DNA of 64,000 nt. Source: Octopus sinensis. Its lineage: Eukaryota. Below the pieces are notes generated by a model. That model did not search any database, was not told the DNA's origin, and worked only from the letters and a program-made list of their open reading frames with translations. Shown one piece after another: positions 22,876 to 36,965 of this stretch. Numbering within the stretch: the first letter of the stretch is position 1; the number at the start of each line of letters is the position of its first letter. The position numbers and the translations under genes were made by a program. The stretch spans positions 108,902 through 172,901 of the forward strand of contig NW_021832532.1 in NCBI RefSeq assembly GCF_006345805.1. The letters are read 5' to 3'.

Positions 22876-23389
22876 GTATAATTTCCATGATTTATTCTCT
22901 AAATCTTGAAATAAAACAAAATGCAATACTGTGCTTGATTCATTCAAAGAATTTAGTATATATGTACATATATACTAAATGTATCATATAAGTAAGGATG
23001 CCAGTGGAACCTGCTTTAGATACCAGGGCAAACAATGTAACAGAATATGGAGAATTTATGATAAAGGAAACAGAACGAAGACGTTGTGCAAGACAGATAC
23101 ATTTCAAGGGATGATGTTTGTAGAGACTATACTATGTAGGGAGTTAGTCAGGAGGGTTAGGAAGGCTCTGAGGAACACCAAACTTAATTTTGAGCTTGTT
23201 GAGAAATCAGGTCCTTTGACAAGACCACTTGCTGCAGCATGACCTGCGTGGTATTTATCTTTAGCCCCAGTATTAACTGTAAGACCAAAGAATGTGGTTT
23301 GCATCATAAAGTGCATGGAGGGGGATTGTAAGAACTGGAATACAACATACATCTGGGAGACTTCTAGGAATTTACAAGAAGCTATCAGA

Positions 23390-24210
23390 CATTAACACAG
23401 GTTCTTGTCATCCAGCCATCGTTTTCAAGAAACTGGTAAAGGACATCAGCAGAAGAATATCTAGTCTATCTTCAAAGAAAGAGATTTTTTATGCTGCCAC
23501 CCGATACTACAGTGAAGTTCTGGCTGCCAGTGGTTTCAAGGATAGGATTAGTTACATGCCAGAACTTAGTCCCACCAAGAGAAAGCGCCAGTGGAAAGTG
23601 TTGTGGCTCAAATAATCCTTCTCTTTAAAGGTTAAAACCTGAGTAGGTAAGATTTTTCTTGGCTTAGTTGATAAAGACTTCCCCCATACAAGTAGATTCA
23701 GCAAAATATTCAATAGGCATACCCTAAGAATTTTCTCTAGCTGTGCACCTAGTGTAAAAACGATTTTTTAGGCCCACACCCAAGACAGGCAGGATGCTCA
23801 AAGAGGTATAACACAACATGGCCACTGCATGGCTGCTGCAACACGGAGACTGTCATATATGAGGCAGAAGTAACAGTCAAAGGACCTAATGAGCAACCAG
23901 ACATTTGAAAATATGTAGGAGCAACCAAAGGCCCCTTCAGAACCCTCTTTTGCAATCATAAGTCCTCTTTCAACATCCCGGAGACATACCATCCCAACCC
24001 TGGCCAAGCACATTTGGTGTTTGAAAGAAAATGCCTCCAAATATAGTATAGATCTAAGAGAAATGTAAACCATACTTTAATAGCAGCAAGAAGTGCAGTT
24101 TATGTCTGGCTGAGAAAAGAGGGATTTTAAAGAGCACCCAACACCCAGGCTTTTCCCTGAATAACAGAAACGAAGTGTCTAATCCTTGCCCACATGAAAG
24201 GAAGTACATC
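23390..24210 (+). mobile_element. Penelope-like element fragment (RT thumb to C-terminus)
   Basis: SCHPAIVFKKLVKDISRRISSLSS, KIFLGLVDK, LAKHIWCLKE and KKCSLCLAEK motifs. Confidence 0.65.
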
Positions 24211-24909
24211 CTATCATATCTGTCTGTCCCATTATGCTTACTGTCATCAGTCCCCCAGCCTCGACTTTCCACCAATACTCTAACTAAGAATTTGACCAGA
24301 ACATTCACAAATTCACCCACATACAAACACACACACTCCAACATGGCAAACACCTAACAAACAGACCATTTCCCACCAACTCCAATATAAGCCTCACCAT
24401 CAATTGTACCCCTACATACACTGCATGCACACATAAGCCCCCACGACCTTAACCAGTACAGAAAGAAAATGCACTGGCAAACACAGTAATGGATGCCTAG
24501 ACCCCCTACAAAAGTTATACATACTATACCACTACACATATGCCACTCCCACAAGAACACCAACCTGAAAGACGAACACAATTTCCACAGACACTTCATT
24601 ATGGCTCTTTCTGACTTACAGCATAACCAGCCATGTGATGATGTCTCAGTACCAATGGACTATACTTTTAACTAAATCCCCTACTTGGTTTGTTTCATAG
24701 TCTTTTCACAGCAACCACAAACCAAATGTGTCCTTTCACCTCCAACAATAGAGAGCATTCACCATATTTCATCCTATAGTGGCTACCTCTGATGAGCATA
24801 GGGTTTTATAATTGGATTGTTACCTAACATTCAATTGTACCTTTAGCTGATTGGCAAGATTGGCTATGGTGGTTATATAATATTGTACACTTCAGATATT
24901 TTATATGTT

Positions 24910-24962
<53 letters not shown>

Positions 24963-27340
24963 CTGTGTGTGTGTATTGGGTCATCCCATAGATAATATGG
25001 TTTGTTTATACTTCTTTTATTTTCAAAATTAAGATAAGTTCTTTTTTAATCTAAAATATACTCTCCTTGATTTTCTATAATGTTCTTCCACCTATCTAGT
25101 AGATTTGCAATGCTCCTTTACTAAAATTCACTTGTCTGTGATGAAAAATACTCCTCTAGTACTGTTTTGACCTTGTCTACAGAATTCATATTATTTCTGT
25201 CCAAATGATTTTGAAAACTGCTGAATAAATGATAATCAGATGATGCAGTGTCTGGTGAATATGGTGGGTGGGACATCTTTTCCCATTCAAACTACTCTAG
25301 CGTTTGGAATGTCATCTGAGCATTATCCTGATGGGAGAACACCTTTTGTCTTGAAACAAATGATGGTCACTTGTCTTCTGGTGCTGACTTAAACAACTAG
25401 TTGAATGACTAAATCCAAGATCTTCTGTTCGTTCCTCAACTGTTACGATAGGATTTAGTTCCCCCGGGGTTTCCAGATGTCCTCATTGAGCTCTACAGAT
25501 CTTCCAGAATGAAGCACGTCTTCTAGGCTGTAGTTCCTAGCCCAGAATTTCTGGCATCCCCGTTGACACTGGCTTATGAATATTGTCCGATCCCTATATA
25601 TGCATTAATATTCCTCATATTTTCTGTTGCACTGTGCCTTTATTGAATTCATAAAGCAAACTATGCCAAATATGCTCCTTTGTCACTTCCATTATCGCTT
25701 TGAAAAGATAACTGTTAAAATCGAAATTCACTCTTCAAAATTTGCACTAAGAATAAGGACAAGGTAAAATTACTACCAGCTTTTATAACAAGTTGATGCA
25801 GGTAGTTTATCTTGTCCCTCTGTGACTTTTAGCTCATGCAATTGGAAAACTGCATTATTTATGGAATGACCCAATGTTGCTATTATGTTAAACTGTCATG
25901 TGTCCAAATTTGGCTAAATATGTTTTATTCAATATTTATTTTTGTTTGCAATAGCCAGGTCTTTTGGTCAAACAATTGTATCTCCAGCTGCTTCAAATGC
26001 CAAGATATCAAACATTGTAAAAGTATAGTCCAACAGTTTTGCTATGGAATGGTGAACCTATTATTGGTTTTCTGGAAAAGCAACATTTTGGACTTACAAC
26101 ACTTTTGCATAATAGTATCGATATATATATGATAATAATAATTGCTTTAGTAACGAGAAGATGAATTTGGTATTAATCTTTATTTTGTACAATGGTTATT
26201 TTGACCCATTCTGCTACTGTCCTTTATGGGTGGGACTCCTTTCAACATGTTGCATTGCATCAGTTTTGCTGTCTGGGTCTCATCAGATACATCTACACAT
26301 AAAGATGTGTCTCACTAAAGATCCCATGTTTTGGCTGTCATGTTGTAATATGCCTGTCTGGTTAGGAAACTGTGCCAGTGCACTACTCAACAAATTACCA
26401 CACTAATCAACACATACCCATTAGTCAAAATTTATATATACTTATATTAAACTTTTTAATACTTTTTGATTGTTATATATATTTAGAAAAAAAATTATAA
26501 ATATAAATTAATAATTTTAATTTTAAATTTAAATTTAAATAATTTAAATTTTTAAATTTTATATTTTATATATTTTGTATATTATATTAATTATTTTTAT
26601 TATGTTTTGGTTTATGTTTTTCACTGTTTGATTTACTTAATAGGGGTTTTATCTCTATATTATAATTCTGAAATGCGAAAAGTTTGTTTGTCTGGTTTTG
26701 GCATTGAAACGTGTTAAAGGGTACTAGATTTCGTCGGATTGACTCCAAAATTTACAGGGACATGTAAAATGAGGTGAGGATGTGAGTGGGCTAGGTTAAA
26801 AATCCCTATCTTAAAGGTGTGGTTACTAGGGCAAAAAAAACGCACACTTTCACAAGTCATCTCTCATTCTCTGATCTGCCTGTCTTCCTCTGTCTCTCTC
26901 TCTCTTTCCTCCATTCCTTTCACTTTCTCTCTATAACATCGTTTGACAGCATCTACTATCTTTCCCCCGCCGCCTTCACTCTTTTTCCCACATCCCCTCT
27001 CTCTCTCTCACTCTAGGTCTGTCTGCTTTCATAGAGAGAATTATTATCACCACCACCACTACACAATCATGAAAACAAATATTATGAATCAGATATTTAT
27101 TGGGTTAATTTATATATGTGTGTGTGTTCTATATATAAATATGTATATATAATGTATATATACAAAGTGTATATATCTATATTTATATATATATGTGTGT
27201 GTGTATATATATATATATATTATATATATATATATATAATATATATATATATATAATTTGTATACATTTGTATATATATAGCGTACACACACACACACAT
27301 ATATATAATGCGTATATATATACATATATAAATTTAATGC

Positions 27341-27373
<33 letters not shown>

Positions 27374-28234
27374 GTGTGCATTATGTGGTTGGTTGACGTG
27401 AAAATATGCTCACCTATATTAAAAGTGCTGGCAAGTTTGCATGGCAACTATTTTTTTCCTAGGACAAAATTCCTCATCTTATAAAATGTGGCCCAAGCAG
27501 ACCCGAATGAAATTGGGTTATATTAACCAAAATGTGAAAAGGGGTCTAAATGGGGCTGGAAGGGGATTAAAATTTACATGAGCAGGTGCTTAGGAATTCT
27601 CTGTTACATCAAGCTAAAAAATTTGCGCCAGCCTTTTAATCGTCAATGTGTTGCCATCCATGATGAAGAAGTTTTGAATGCTTGCCACGGTGAGTCTACT
27701 GTCGTGAGAAAGAATCAGTTCAAAACTTGGTGTTTAGGAATTTTCTTTTACATCAAGTTCAAAATTTTATGCCAGCCATTAAACTGCCACTACATTGCTG
27801 TCGTCATTAAGAAATGCCAGCCATGGTGACTCTACTATCCTCAGATTCTATCCCTTCAAATTTTGGTTTACAATATTTTTTTTACTTTTATTCAGCTCGC
27901 AAGTTTGTCTGTCCTTTTTAAATGTTAGTGTTTTGCTGTTTGCCTTGAAGCAGATCTTTCTATTGTCACTGCCTGATATTTACGATTGATCTTTCAAAAT
28001 ATTTTCTTTCTCAACTTACTCAAGATCTTTTGTTGTTTATAAATGGGAGAGAGAGAGACAGAGAAAGATAGAGAGTAAGAGAAAGCGAGGGAGTGTCCAA
28101 GAGAAAGGAAGAGTAAGAGAGTGAGAAAGTGAGAGAGAAACAAAGAGGGAGAATGAGGTGATAAAAAACAAAAAGGAAGCAGCAGAAAGTAAGAACCACA
28201 CTCTTACCCCCGCATAGAGTGGGTCACCTTAAGC

Positions 28235-28281
<47 letters not shown>

Positions 28282-28319
28282 ATATATACACATACATATA
28301 CATATACATATATTACCAT

Positions 28320-28890
28320 TGTCATCATCATTTAATATCCATTGTCTATGCTGGCATAGTTTGGACGGTTTGAACTGGCAAGCTGGGGAGCTGAACCATA
28401 CTCCAGTTTAATTTGGTATGGTTTCTATAGCTGGATGCCTTTCCTATTGTCAACCACTTTGCAGAGTGTACCGGGTGCTTTTACATGGCACCACATGGGC
28501 GATTTTACATGGTGTCACACAGACACTATTATCTGGTGCCACAAGGGCACATTTATGTAGTACTGTCATGACAGCTTTTTATGTGGCACTAGTAGAGAAC
28601 TCTTGCAGGTCGATCCTCACCACCAGGGGTGCCGGTCTTAACACTTCTGCAGCAGGGCATGGGTATTCTTGAGCACAGCAAGGTGCCAGGCATCTCGGTC
28701 TTTTGTCATCTTACATGAAAGTTTCAGCATCCTGAGGTCGTTCTTCAGTACTTTGTTCCATGTCTTCCTGGGTCTCCCACTTCCACGTGTTCTGTCTACT
28801 TTGAGAGATTGACACTTCTTTATGGAACTGATGGCATCCATCCGCATCACATGACCAAACCAGTGCAGTCTTCTCTCTTGTACACTGCAA
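28320..28890 (-). mobile_element. RTE 3' end
   Basis: RRLHWFGHV and RGSGRPRKTWNKVLKNDLR, plus (GAT)-type tail. Confidence 0.7.
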
Positions 28891-29040
28891 CTAATTCCTA
28901 ATATACAATATATATATGAATATGTATATATATATATATATATATTTCAACAATTGAGGGCAAAATTAATTAATTATTAATCAATTTCACCAAGTGTTCA
29001 GTATGCAAAGGGACCATTCAAGGCGAATTCAAATTATTAC

Positions 29041-29408
29041 ATTATATAAAAGGGCTTAGTAAAATAAATTACTTTGCCGCATACTGAACTCATTAGAAAT
29101 AGCAGCTAAAAAACTTTTTTAAAGCTATTTCTAATACTTAAAGAAAATCTCTCTCATATATAGTGTTTGCTTAATTCAACTCACAAAAGTTTGGGGGTAA
29201 GGACATCGAAAAATCAAATGCTAACCTTAGCATTTGATTTTTCGATGTCCTTACCCCCAAACTTTTGTGAGTTGAATTAAGCAAACACTATATATGAGAG
29301 AGATTTTCTTTAAGTATTAGAAATAGCTTTAAAAAAGTTTTTTAGCTGCTATTTCTAATGAGTTCAGTATGCGGCAAAGTAATTTATTTTACTAAGCCCT
29401 TTTATATA

Positions 29409-29410
<2 letters not shown>
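29041..29410. repeat. Perfect inverted repeat: 184-bp arms, 2-nt spacer
   Basis: 29041-29224 is the exact reverse complement of 29227-29410 (checked by eye). Confidence 0.95.
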
Positions 29411-29478
<68 letters not shown>

Positions 29479-29479
<1 letters not shown>

Positions 29480-32061
29480 TCCAACCCCAAAAAGTTCTAC
29501 CAAGAACTTGGCAAAAATAAAATAGAAGTCACTGCAGCACCAACGGCAGAAGAATTGGAAGAATTCTGGAGAGAAACATGGTCGGCGAACGAACAACCAA
29601 ATAAAAGGAGTATCAAAATAACAAACTCAGCATCTGAACAACTTTGGACCCCCATAACAACTGAAGAGGTCACCTAGGCACTGCAAAGACTAAGCAACTG
29701 GAAGGCACCTGGGCATGACAAGATCCCCAACTTCTGGTTGAAATATCTAACAGGAATGCACAAAAAGCTGGCTGAAAACTTTAACAGCATACTAGCAGAG
29801 CCAGAGACAATGCCTGAATGGCTCACGAAGGGGAAAACCATCTTAATTCCCAAATCAAATGAGACAGCAAAACCAGAAAACTACAGACCAATAACCTGAC
29901 TCCCTACTATGTTCAAGGCATTTACTGCAGTGATATCGCAAAGGTTGAACAAGCACCTGGACGAAAACAAACTGTTCCCAGAAGAGCAGAAAGGATGCCG
30001 CAAAGGCTCATATGGCTGTAAAGATCAACTAATGATTAATAAAGCCATAACTGAAGACAGCCACAGAAAGAAGAAAGGCCTCAGTATGGCCTGGATTGAC
30101 TACAAAAAGGCGTTTGATAGCATCCCCCACACATGGATCCTCGAAACACTAGCTATTAACAAAGTAGCACCAACAATCATAAAATTCATAGAGCACTCTA
30201 TGAATAAATGGCAAACAGTCCTACACCTCCAAACAAAAGAGGGACTCATGAAAACCAAAGACATCCCCATTAGAAGAGGAATATTCCAGGGACACACGCT
30301 CTATCCACTCCTTTTCTGCTTGGCACTGTCACCTCTATCTGATATGCTAAATAGAACTGGATGCGGATATAAATGTTATGGCAAAATGATCAGCCACCTT
30401 TTATATATGGATGACCTAAAACTATACGCTGCAAATGACAAACAGCTGGAAACACTATTAAAGACAGTTCATGGATTTACCAAAGAAATAGATATGAAAT
30501 TTGGATTAAAAAATGCGCCAAAGTAACCATGAAAAGAGGAAAACTAGTTAAGAGTAGCAACATCACACTAGATAAAACCAATGAAATAAAAGAATTAGAC
30601 CAAAGCCAAACTTACAAATACTTAGGAATCCATGAACTAGATAAGACACAACACACACAAATGAAAGAGAAAATAAAAAAAGAATATTATAGACGAGTTA
30701 GATCAATACTAAAAACAGTGCTCAATACTAAAAACAAGATAATAGGTATCAACACTTTAGCTGTCCCAGTTATAAGTTACAGCTACAATATCCTTAACTG
30801 GACACGAAATGAACTGACCAAAATAGATAGGAAAACAAGAAAAATAATGACAGGATCTAGAATGCATCACCCAAAATCTGACATAGAAAGAATATATATA
30901 CAACGTATAGAAGGTGTTAGAGGCCTTATACAGCTGGAAAACTACTATAAAATAACCACCATAGGACTGCAAAAATATCTACTTCAGAAGGAAGGAAAAC
31001 TGATACAAATAGCGGCAAAACACGAGCAAAACAAAAAACTGTTCTCAGTATTTAAGGAAGCTGACAAATGCAAACAAGAAATCATACCACCTAATAAACA
31101 TGAAGAAGAAGAAGAAGAAGCTGAAGAAACAACAAAAGCTATGAAACAAATGAAATCCAAACTAAAAATAGAACAGCAACGTACCATGATAAAACGATGG
31201 CAAGAAAAGCCCCTTCATGGTAAATACTGGACTAAACTAAACGCAAAAGAAATAGACAAAGAAAAATCCCAGCAATGGTTAAGAAGCTCAGGACTCAAAG
31301 CAGAAACAGAAGGATTTTTAATTGCAGCACAAGACCAAAGCCTCCCCACCAGAAATTACCAAAAACATGTAATGAAAAGAAATATTACAAGTAACTGCAG
31401 AATATGTGGAGATGGACAAGAAACAATAAATCATATTATCTCTAGCTGCCCAGTCCTGGCTAAGAAGGAATATATTCACAGACATGACAGAGTTGGAACC
31501 TACATACATTGGAAGCTATGCCAACATTATGGAATAACAACAGAAAAAGATGGTATAGGCACACACCAGAAAAGGTCACAGAAAATGAGAAAGCAACCAT
31601 ACTCTGGGATATGCCGATACACACAGATAGAGAAATTAAGGCCAACAGACCAGATATAGTTGTCAGAGATCATGAAGAAAAAAAATGCTTTCTAATTGAT
31701 GTATTAATACCGGCAGATGACAACGTGTCTCTAAAAGAAATGGAGAAACTCTCAAAATACAAATACCTGGAAATAGAGGTAACTAGAATGTGGAATCTGA
31801 AAACAGAAACAATTCCTATCATAGTAGGTGCATTAGGCATGATAAAAAAATATTTAGACAAATACATAACAAAAACACCAGGACATACAAACACATATAA
31901 CATACAGAAAATTTCACTACTAGGTACTGCACACATCTTACACAGAACACTTTCCATACAATAACCATCAGAGCATCACAACAAATCACAACACATACCC
32001 AAGGCACACAGAACTGCGCTCGGTAGTGAAGTGAAAGCACGCTATAAAAATAAAACTACTG
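29479..32061 (+). mobile_element. 5'-truncated R4/Dong-like RLE LINE within (AAT)n
   Basis: RT (EEQKGC, YKKAFDS, YMDDLKLY), GLKAETEGFLIAAQDQ, CRICG..ETINHIISSC, RHDRV and RPDIV RLE motifs; (AAT)n on both sides. Confidence 0.9.
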
Positions 32062-32183
32062 AATAATAATAATAATAATAATAATATTAGGGAGTATAAC
32101 TCCAAACTTACAGGGTAAAATTCAATTTAGTATTAAATCAAATTTCACAATATAAATATATAAAATATAAATCAGTGATAGAA

Positions 32184-32295
32184 TCACTATTATGCAACTC
32201 AAACAGTGATAGACATAAACCAATACATAAATAACAAGTAATATATATAATAATTTTTTTTATGTCTATCACTGTCTGAGTTGCATAATAGTGGT
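32184..32295. repeat. Imperfect inverted repeat (~37-bp arms)
   Basis: atcactattatgcaactcaaacagtgatagacataaa versus tttatgtctatcactgtctgagttgcataatagtggt. Confidence 0.7.
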
Positions 32296-32308
32296 TTTAT
32301 CTCTAATT

Positions 32309-32353
<45 letters not shown>

Positions 32354-32595
32354 ATATATATCCAGTGATCATATATCCTATCATCAGCATTGCTTTACAC
32401 CTTAACAGAAAAAAATAAACTTTTAACTTAGACTCAATCTACACACCTGTTAAAAAAATACCATGAACAAGTATAGGGTAGGCTCTGCTGTCAGGCATAA
32501 TTTAATTATAGATGATTTTTAACTGAATCCTATCTGAAGCATTAATAAAAAAAGAAAAGAAAACTCTTCTTTCAAACTTTTGTTTTATTTTTCAG

Positions 32596-32717
32596 ATTCT
32601 TGTTCAGCCTTTTCTATTTCCAATAACAGTGGTGAAATCAGAATTGAATCTGATAATCTTGACCGAGAAGATCCTGTAATTGATAAACTGAATGGCGTCT
32701 GTACTGTTGAAATAAAG
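32596..32717 (+). CDS. Cadherin-repeat gene, exon 4
   Basis: tttcAG/GTAT; (D)SCSAFSISNNSGEIRIESDNLDREDPVIDKLNGVCTVEIK with LDRE motif; phase 1/0. Confidence 0.92.
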
Positions 32718-32819
32718 GTATTTTCATTTATATACTATTCTTCATTGTTTTTTACAGGATGAAGCAATAAATTAACTCTTTGTTTCATTTTAGCTACCTA
32801 GCTATTAATATTGGTTTCA

Positions 32820-32960
32820 AATTTTGGCACAAAGCCAGCAATTTCAGGGAAAGGGGCTAAGGCATTTACATCATCCCCAGTACTCAACTGGTACTTATTT
32901 TATTGACCCTGAAAAGATGAAAGACAAAGTCAACTTAAGTGGAATTTGAACTCAGAACAT
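32820..32960 (-). mobile_element. SINE fragment (ggcgg-head family, alternative tail)
   Basis: gaccctgaaaagatgaaagacaaagtcaac...gaatttgaactcagaac matches 52970-53020. Confidence 0.65.
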
Positions 32961-33241
32961 AAAAACAGAAGCATCTAGATATTAGTATTAATGGACAAAT
33001 AGTCAATAGATAGAGAGAATCATTCAAACATTGGACAAGATGCTCTGCTCTATTTGGTTACAACTTTGCAGTTTCTGAGTTCAAATTCTGCCAGAGTCAA
33101 CAACTTTGCATTTCACTCTTTCAGAGTAGAAAAATAGGTACCAGTCAAGTACTGGGGTCAATCTAATGATCTATATCCTCTGCAAAATCTTACGATCATG
33201 CGAAAAGAAATCAATGTAATCCAACAGATAGGTGCAGGAGT

Positions 33242-33350
33242 GGCTGTGTGGTAAGTAGCTTGCTTACCAACCACATGGCTCCGGGTTCAGTCCCACTGCA
33301 TGGCACCTTGGGCACGTGTCTTCTATTAGAGCCTCAAGCTGACCAAAGAT
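33242..33350 (+). mobile_element. SINE 5' part (ggctgtgtgg family)
   Basis: ggctgtgtggtaagtagcttgcttaccaaccacatggctccgggttcagtcccactg. Confidence 0.7.
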
Positions 33351-33547
33351 ATCTAAATTCAAAGGAATATAGTATGGAATCTTCAATAATATCATTGTAA
33401 AGAAAAAGAACAAAGAAAAACGAAAGTAAAAACTCACAAAAAATGCTGTTGAGTGCATTATGAAAATATTTAAAAAATAAGTTATTTCATCTTTATTTAG
33501 ACTTAGGCTTAAAATCATCGACCAATATTTTCTCTTGTATTTTATAG

Positions 33548-33736
33548 GCTTATGAAATAAAAAATAACCAAAAAGGTGATAGTGTCACGAAAAACATCAC
33601 AATATTTGTAGAAGATGTGAATGACAATGATCCCTTGTTCAATAAAAAATCTTTTACTGCAAAGGTCAATGAAAATACTACAAAGGATAATCCAGTAACA
33701 ATAAATGAGATTATAACTGTAAAAGACGAGGATACG
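33548..33736 (+). CDS. Cadherin-repeat gene, exon 5
   Basis: ttatAG/GTAC; 189 nt; AYEIK...VEDVNDNDPLFNKKSFTAKVNEN...VKDEDT with DxNDN motif. Confidence 0.93.
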
Positions 33737-34169
33737 GTACTGAATTTTTGCATTTCTCACATATTTTATTCTTCTTCTTCCTATCATATCTTTTGTATTA
33801 TTTATAAATATTTCAGTGTTTTAATCTTCCATTTTTTAGAAATAGCATTGTGCTGAGCCCTCTCAAATAAGAAAATTGAGTGTGAAAATTCGTTTTTGTG
33901 CGGATATTGAGTTTAAAATAGTGTTGCTTTCGGTTTTTGGTTGTTTGTATGAAAACAACTTGAGCAGGTATATTTTTAAAAATTGTGCATTGAATATTTA
34001 GATGCAATTGATAAATATTTCACTCCTGATACATACAATAGTTAGGTTTGAATTAGAATTGTATAATAAACAGCTGTGTTGTAGTTTGTTGCATGAGTAT
34101 AACATAATAGAAGAGACATGTATTTATTTTGTTATCAATTTAGTTACAATAAAATTGAAGGGTCTATTG

Positions 34170-36610
34170 GCAGCTGAAGTAGAAACAAGAATAGTGGGAC
34201 TATTCACAGCAATCTGAATTAGTTACAGAGGGAATTATAGCTCAGTTGATTAGGAATAGAATTAACCTAGATGAGACACAGTTTGGTTTTGTACCTGGGA
34301 AGAGTACCACAGATGCCATCTTCCTAGTGAGACAGCTGCAGGAAAATACTTGACCAAAAGTAAGCCATTGTACTTAGCCTTCACTGACCTGGAGAAAGCT
34401 TTCAACAGAGTTCCCTGCTCTGTTAAATGGTGGTTTCTGAGGAAGTTAGGAGTAAAGGAGATGTTGTCAGTAAAGTGAGAGTCGGGCATAAATACAGTGA
34501 TGAATTTAGCGTACAGGTAGGAGTTCACCAGGGCTCAGTTCTTAGTTCACTCCTATTCATCATAGTGCACCAGGCCATAACAGAGGAATTCAAAACTGGA
34601 TGCCTGTGGGAACTACTGTACACTGATGACCTCACCTTCATTGCAGAATCTGTAGCAGAATTGGAGAAGAAATTCCTGGTATAGAAGCAAAACCTGGAAT
34701 CAAGGAGCCTTAAAGTTAACCTTGCTAAGACCAAAGGTGTTGCTAGCAAGAACACAGATAAGACTCTCTTTCCATTAGGTAAGTGGCTCTGCTCAATTTG
34801 TAGGAAAGTGATTTCATTCACTGCACGAAATGTAGGTTATCAACCTATAAGAGATGCAGTGGAATCACAGGTAGATTAACAGATAAAGTCATCTTTGTAT
34901 GTGGCAGATGTGCATAAGCAATAAGCACTAAGAGCACACCGGACTTACACACTCTCAAATGCCCAGGATGCTCTCTCGAAGTAGTAGATAGCTTCTGTTA
35001 CCTAGATGACCAAATTAGCAATGGTGATGGATGCTCTGAAAGTATTGCTTCTAGAATAAGAATAGGATGGAGGAATTTCAGAGATCTATTACCTCTGTTG
35101 GCAACAAAAGGACTCTCTCAGAGTGAAAGGTAGATTGCATGATGCCTGTGTATGAATGGCTATACTCTATTGTAATGAAACATGGGCTCTGAATGCAGAA
35201 GACGTGTAGATAAGAGAGAAATGAACACATTATTCTCAGCTGGATGTTACAGCAAAATGCAAATGTGTTGAGAGAAACGTTGGGCATAAGAGGAATCAAA
35301 TGCAGCATGCATGAGAGAAGATTACATTGGTTTGGATATGTGATGCATATAAGACAGTTGCATAAAGAAGAGCCAGTCACTGAATGTGGATGGCACCTAT
35401 GGAAGAAGGCAACCCCAGGAAGACATGAGATGAAATGGTGATCTCTGATCTCAGGATGTTGGGGCTCATGGAGGAAATGACAATGGTCCGAGATGTCTAG
35501 TGATATGAGGATGTAGAGAAGATCACCCATGCCAGTGAATCTGATCCCAAACTGTTTCTCTTCTCTTCCTCACATTTCCTCTTCATAGCTATGATTATCT
35601 CCCACTCACCAATCTAATCCTTTCAACACTGCCCACTCTATTATTGCTCTCACTTGTCCCCTCCCCCTCTATACCCAGATTCTCACCAGTTACAGCATTA
35701 CAACATTCCCCACTCACACATCCTACTTCTTGGCAACACTCTACCTGCACCTGCCATCATTCATTTCTTTCTTCTTTCCTCTACCATCCCATCTATGCCC
35801 TGATCTTTGTTCCTTGCAAGCATACCCTAGCACTAACTGCCATCCCTCTCTTGTTCTTTCTGTCTCCTACTTTCTCTCTCTCCCTTACTCTTCCTTCTTG
35901 TTGAATAATCATGAATTTCCTCTACAACAACAAACTTGTTTCTGTCCTCATTCTTGATCAATCTCTCTCCCTCCTTCTGTTTAGGTAACCATGTCTCTCC
36001 TGTACAGCAGCACATCTCTTTCTTGTTAACTCCCCCTCTCTCACTAGGTTACCATGTCCTACATCTTCAGCAGCACACCTGTTTCTGCTCTCATTCTCGT
36101 TATTTCTCACTCTCTTTCTGTCCTCTTCCTCTCTTTCTCTTTCTCTCTCTCTCCCTCCCTCTCTCTGGCTTGGTAACCATTTACCTCCTCTGCAGCAAGA
36201 CATCTATTTCTGTCTCCCTGTTACAGTCTAACCTTTCATCATCTGACACAAGAACACCTCCTCCAATGCCCCCTCAACTTTTAAAGATTCCTTGTCTTTC
36301 AAAATTACTTAGTGTCCCTGCTTGTACAGGTGCCACTTAAAAAGCACCCACTCCACACTGTAAAGTGGTTGATATCTGGAAGAGCAGCTAGCTGTAAAAA
36401 TCATACCAAAACTGACCTTAATTCTGCTGATGTCACATAAAATGCACTCAGCCCACTCTGCAGAGTGTTTGGTGTTAGAAAGGGCATCCAGTCATAAAAA
36501 ACCATGCCAAAACATACACAGAAATATGACACAGACTCCTACTTGGCCAGCTCCTGTCAAACTGTTCAACCCATGCCAGTATGGAAGGAGAGCATTAAAT
36601 CATGATGATG
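34170..36610 (+). mobile_element. RTE-clade LINE: RT through CT-rich 3' UTR and tail; degraded
   Basis: FGFVPGKSTTDAIF, DLEKAFNRV, GVHQGSVLS, LLYTDDL, Cys finger and RRLHWFGYV; (GAT) tail near 36600. Confidence 0.85.
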
Positions 36611-36754
36611 ATCATGCAAAATGTTGCTAGAAATCCAGAACTATTTTGAGATTTGCTTTTTAACATGAATTTAATGGAAGAAAGAAAGTTTCTCCCTGAG
36701 GTCGTCTCTAGAAAGAAGGACTATAAACTATAAGTAATATTTGTTAAGGGACTA

Positions 36755-36965
36755 AGGCAGCAAGCTGACAGAATCGTTAGCATGCCATGCAAAATGCTTG
36801 GTGGCATTTCGTCCATCTTCATGTACTGAGTTCAAATTCTGCTGAGGTCAACTTTGCTTTTCATCCATTTGGGAGTTGATAAAATAAGTACCAGTTGAAC
36901 ACTGGAGTTGATGTAATTTAGTTAACCCCTCCCTCAAAATTGCTGGCTTTGTGCCAGTTTTTGAA
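36755..36965 (+). mobile_element. tRNA-derived SINE (ggcgg-head family, alternative tail)
   Basis: ggcagcaagctgacagaatcgttagc...gagttcaaattc (box B-like). Confidence 0.7.

Noticed and set aside
22979-23242. ORF resembling a retroelement RT thumb (MFVET...ELVEKSGPL)
   Set aside because: Too short to assign to a family; possibly part of the adjacent Penelope remnant.
24785-24830. CTGATGAG as a possible hammerhead ribozyme near Penelope remains (also ctgatga at 4244 and 9032)
   Set aside because: No stem II-GAAA-stem III core follows.
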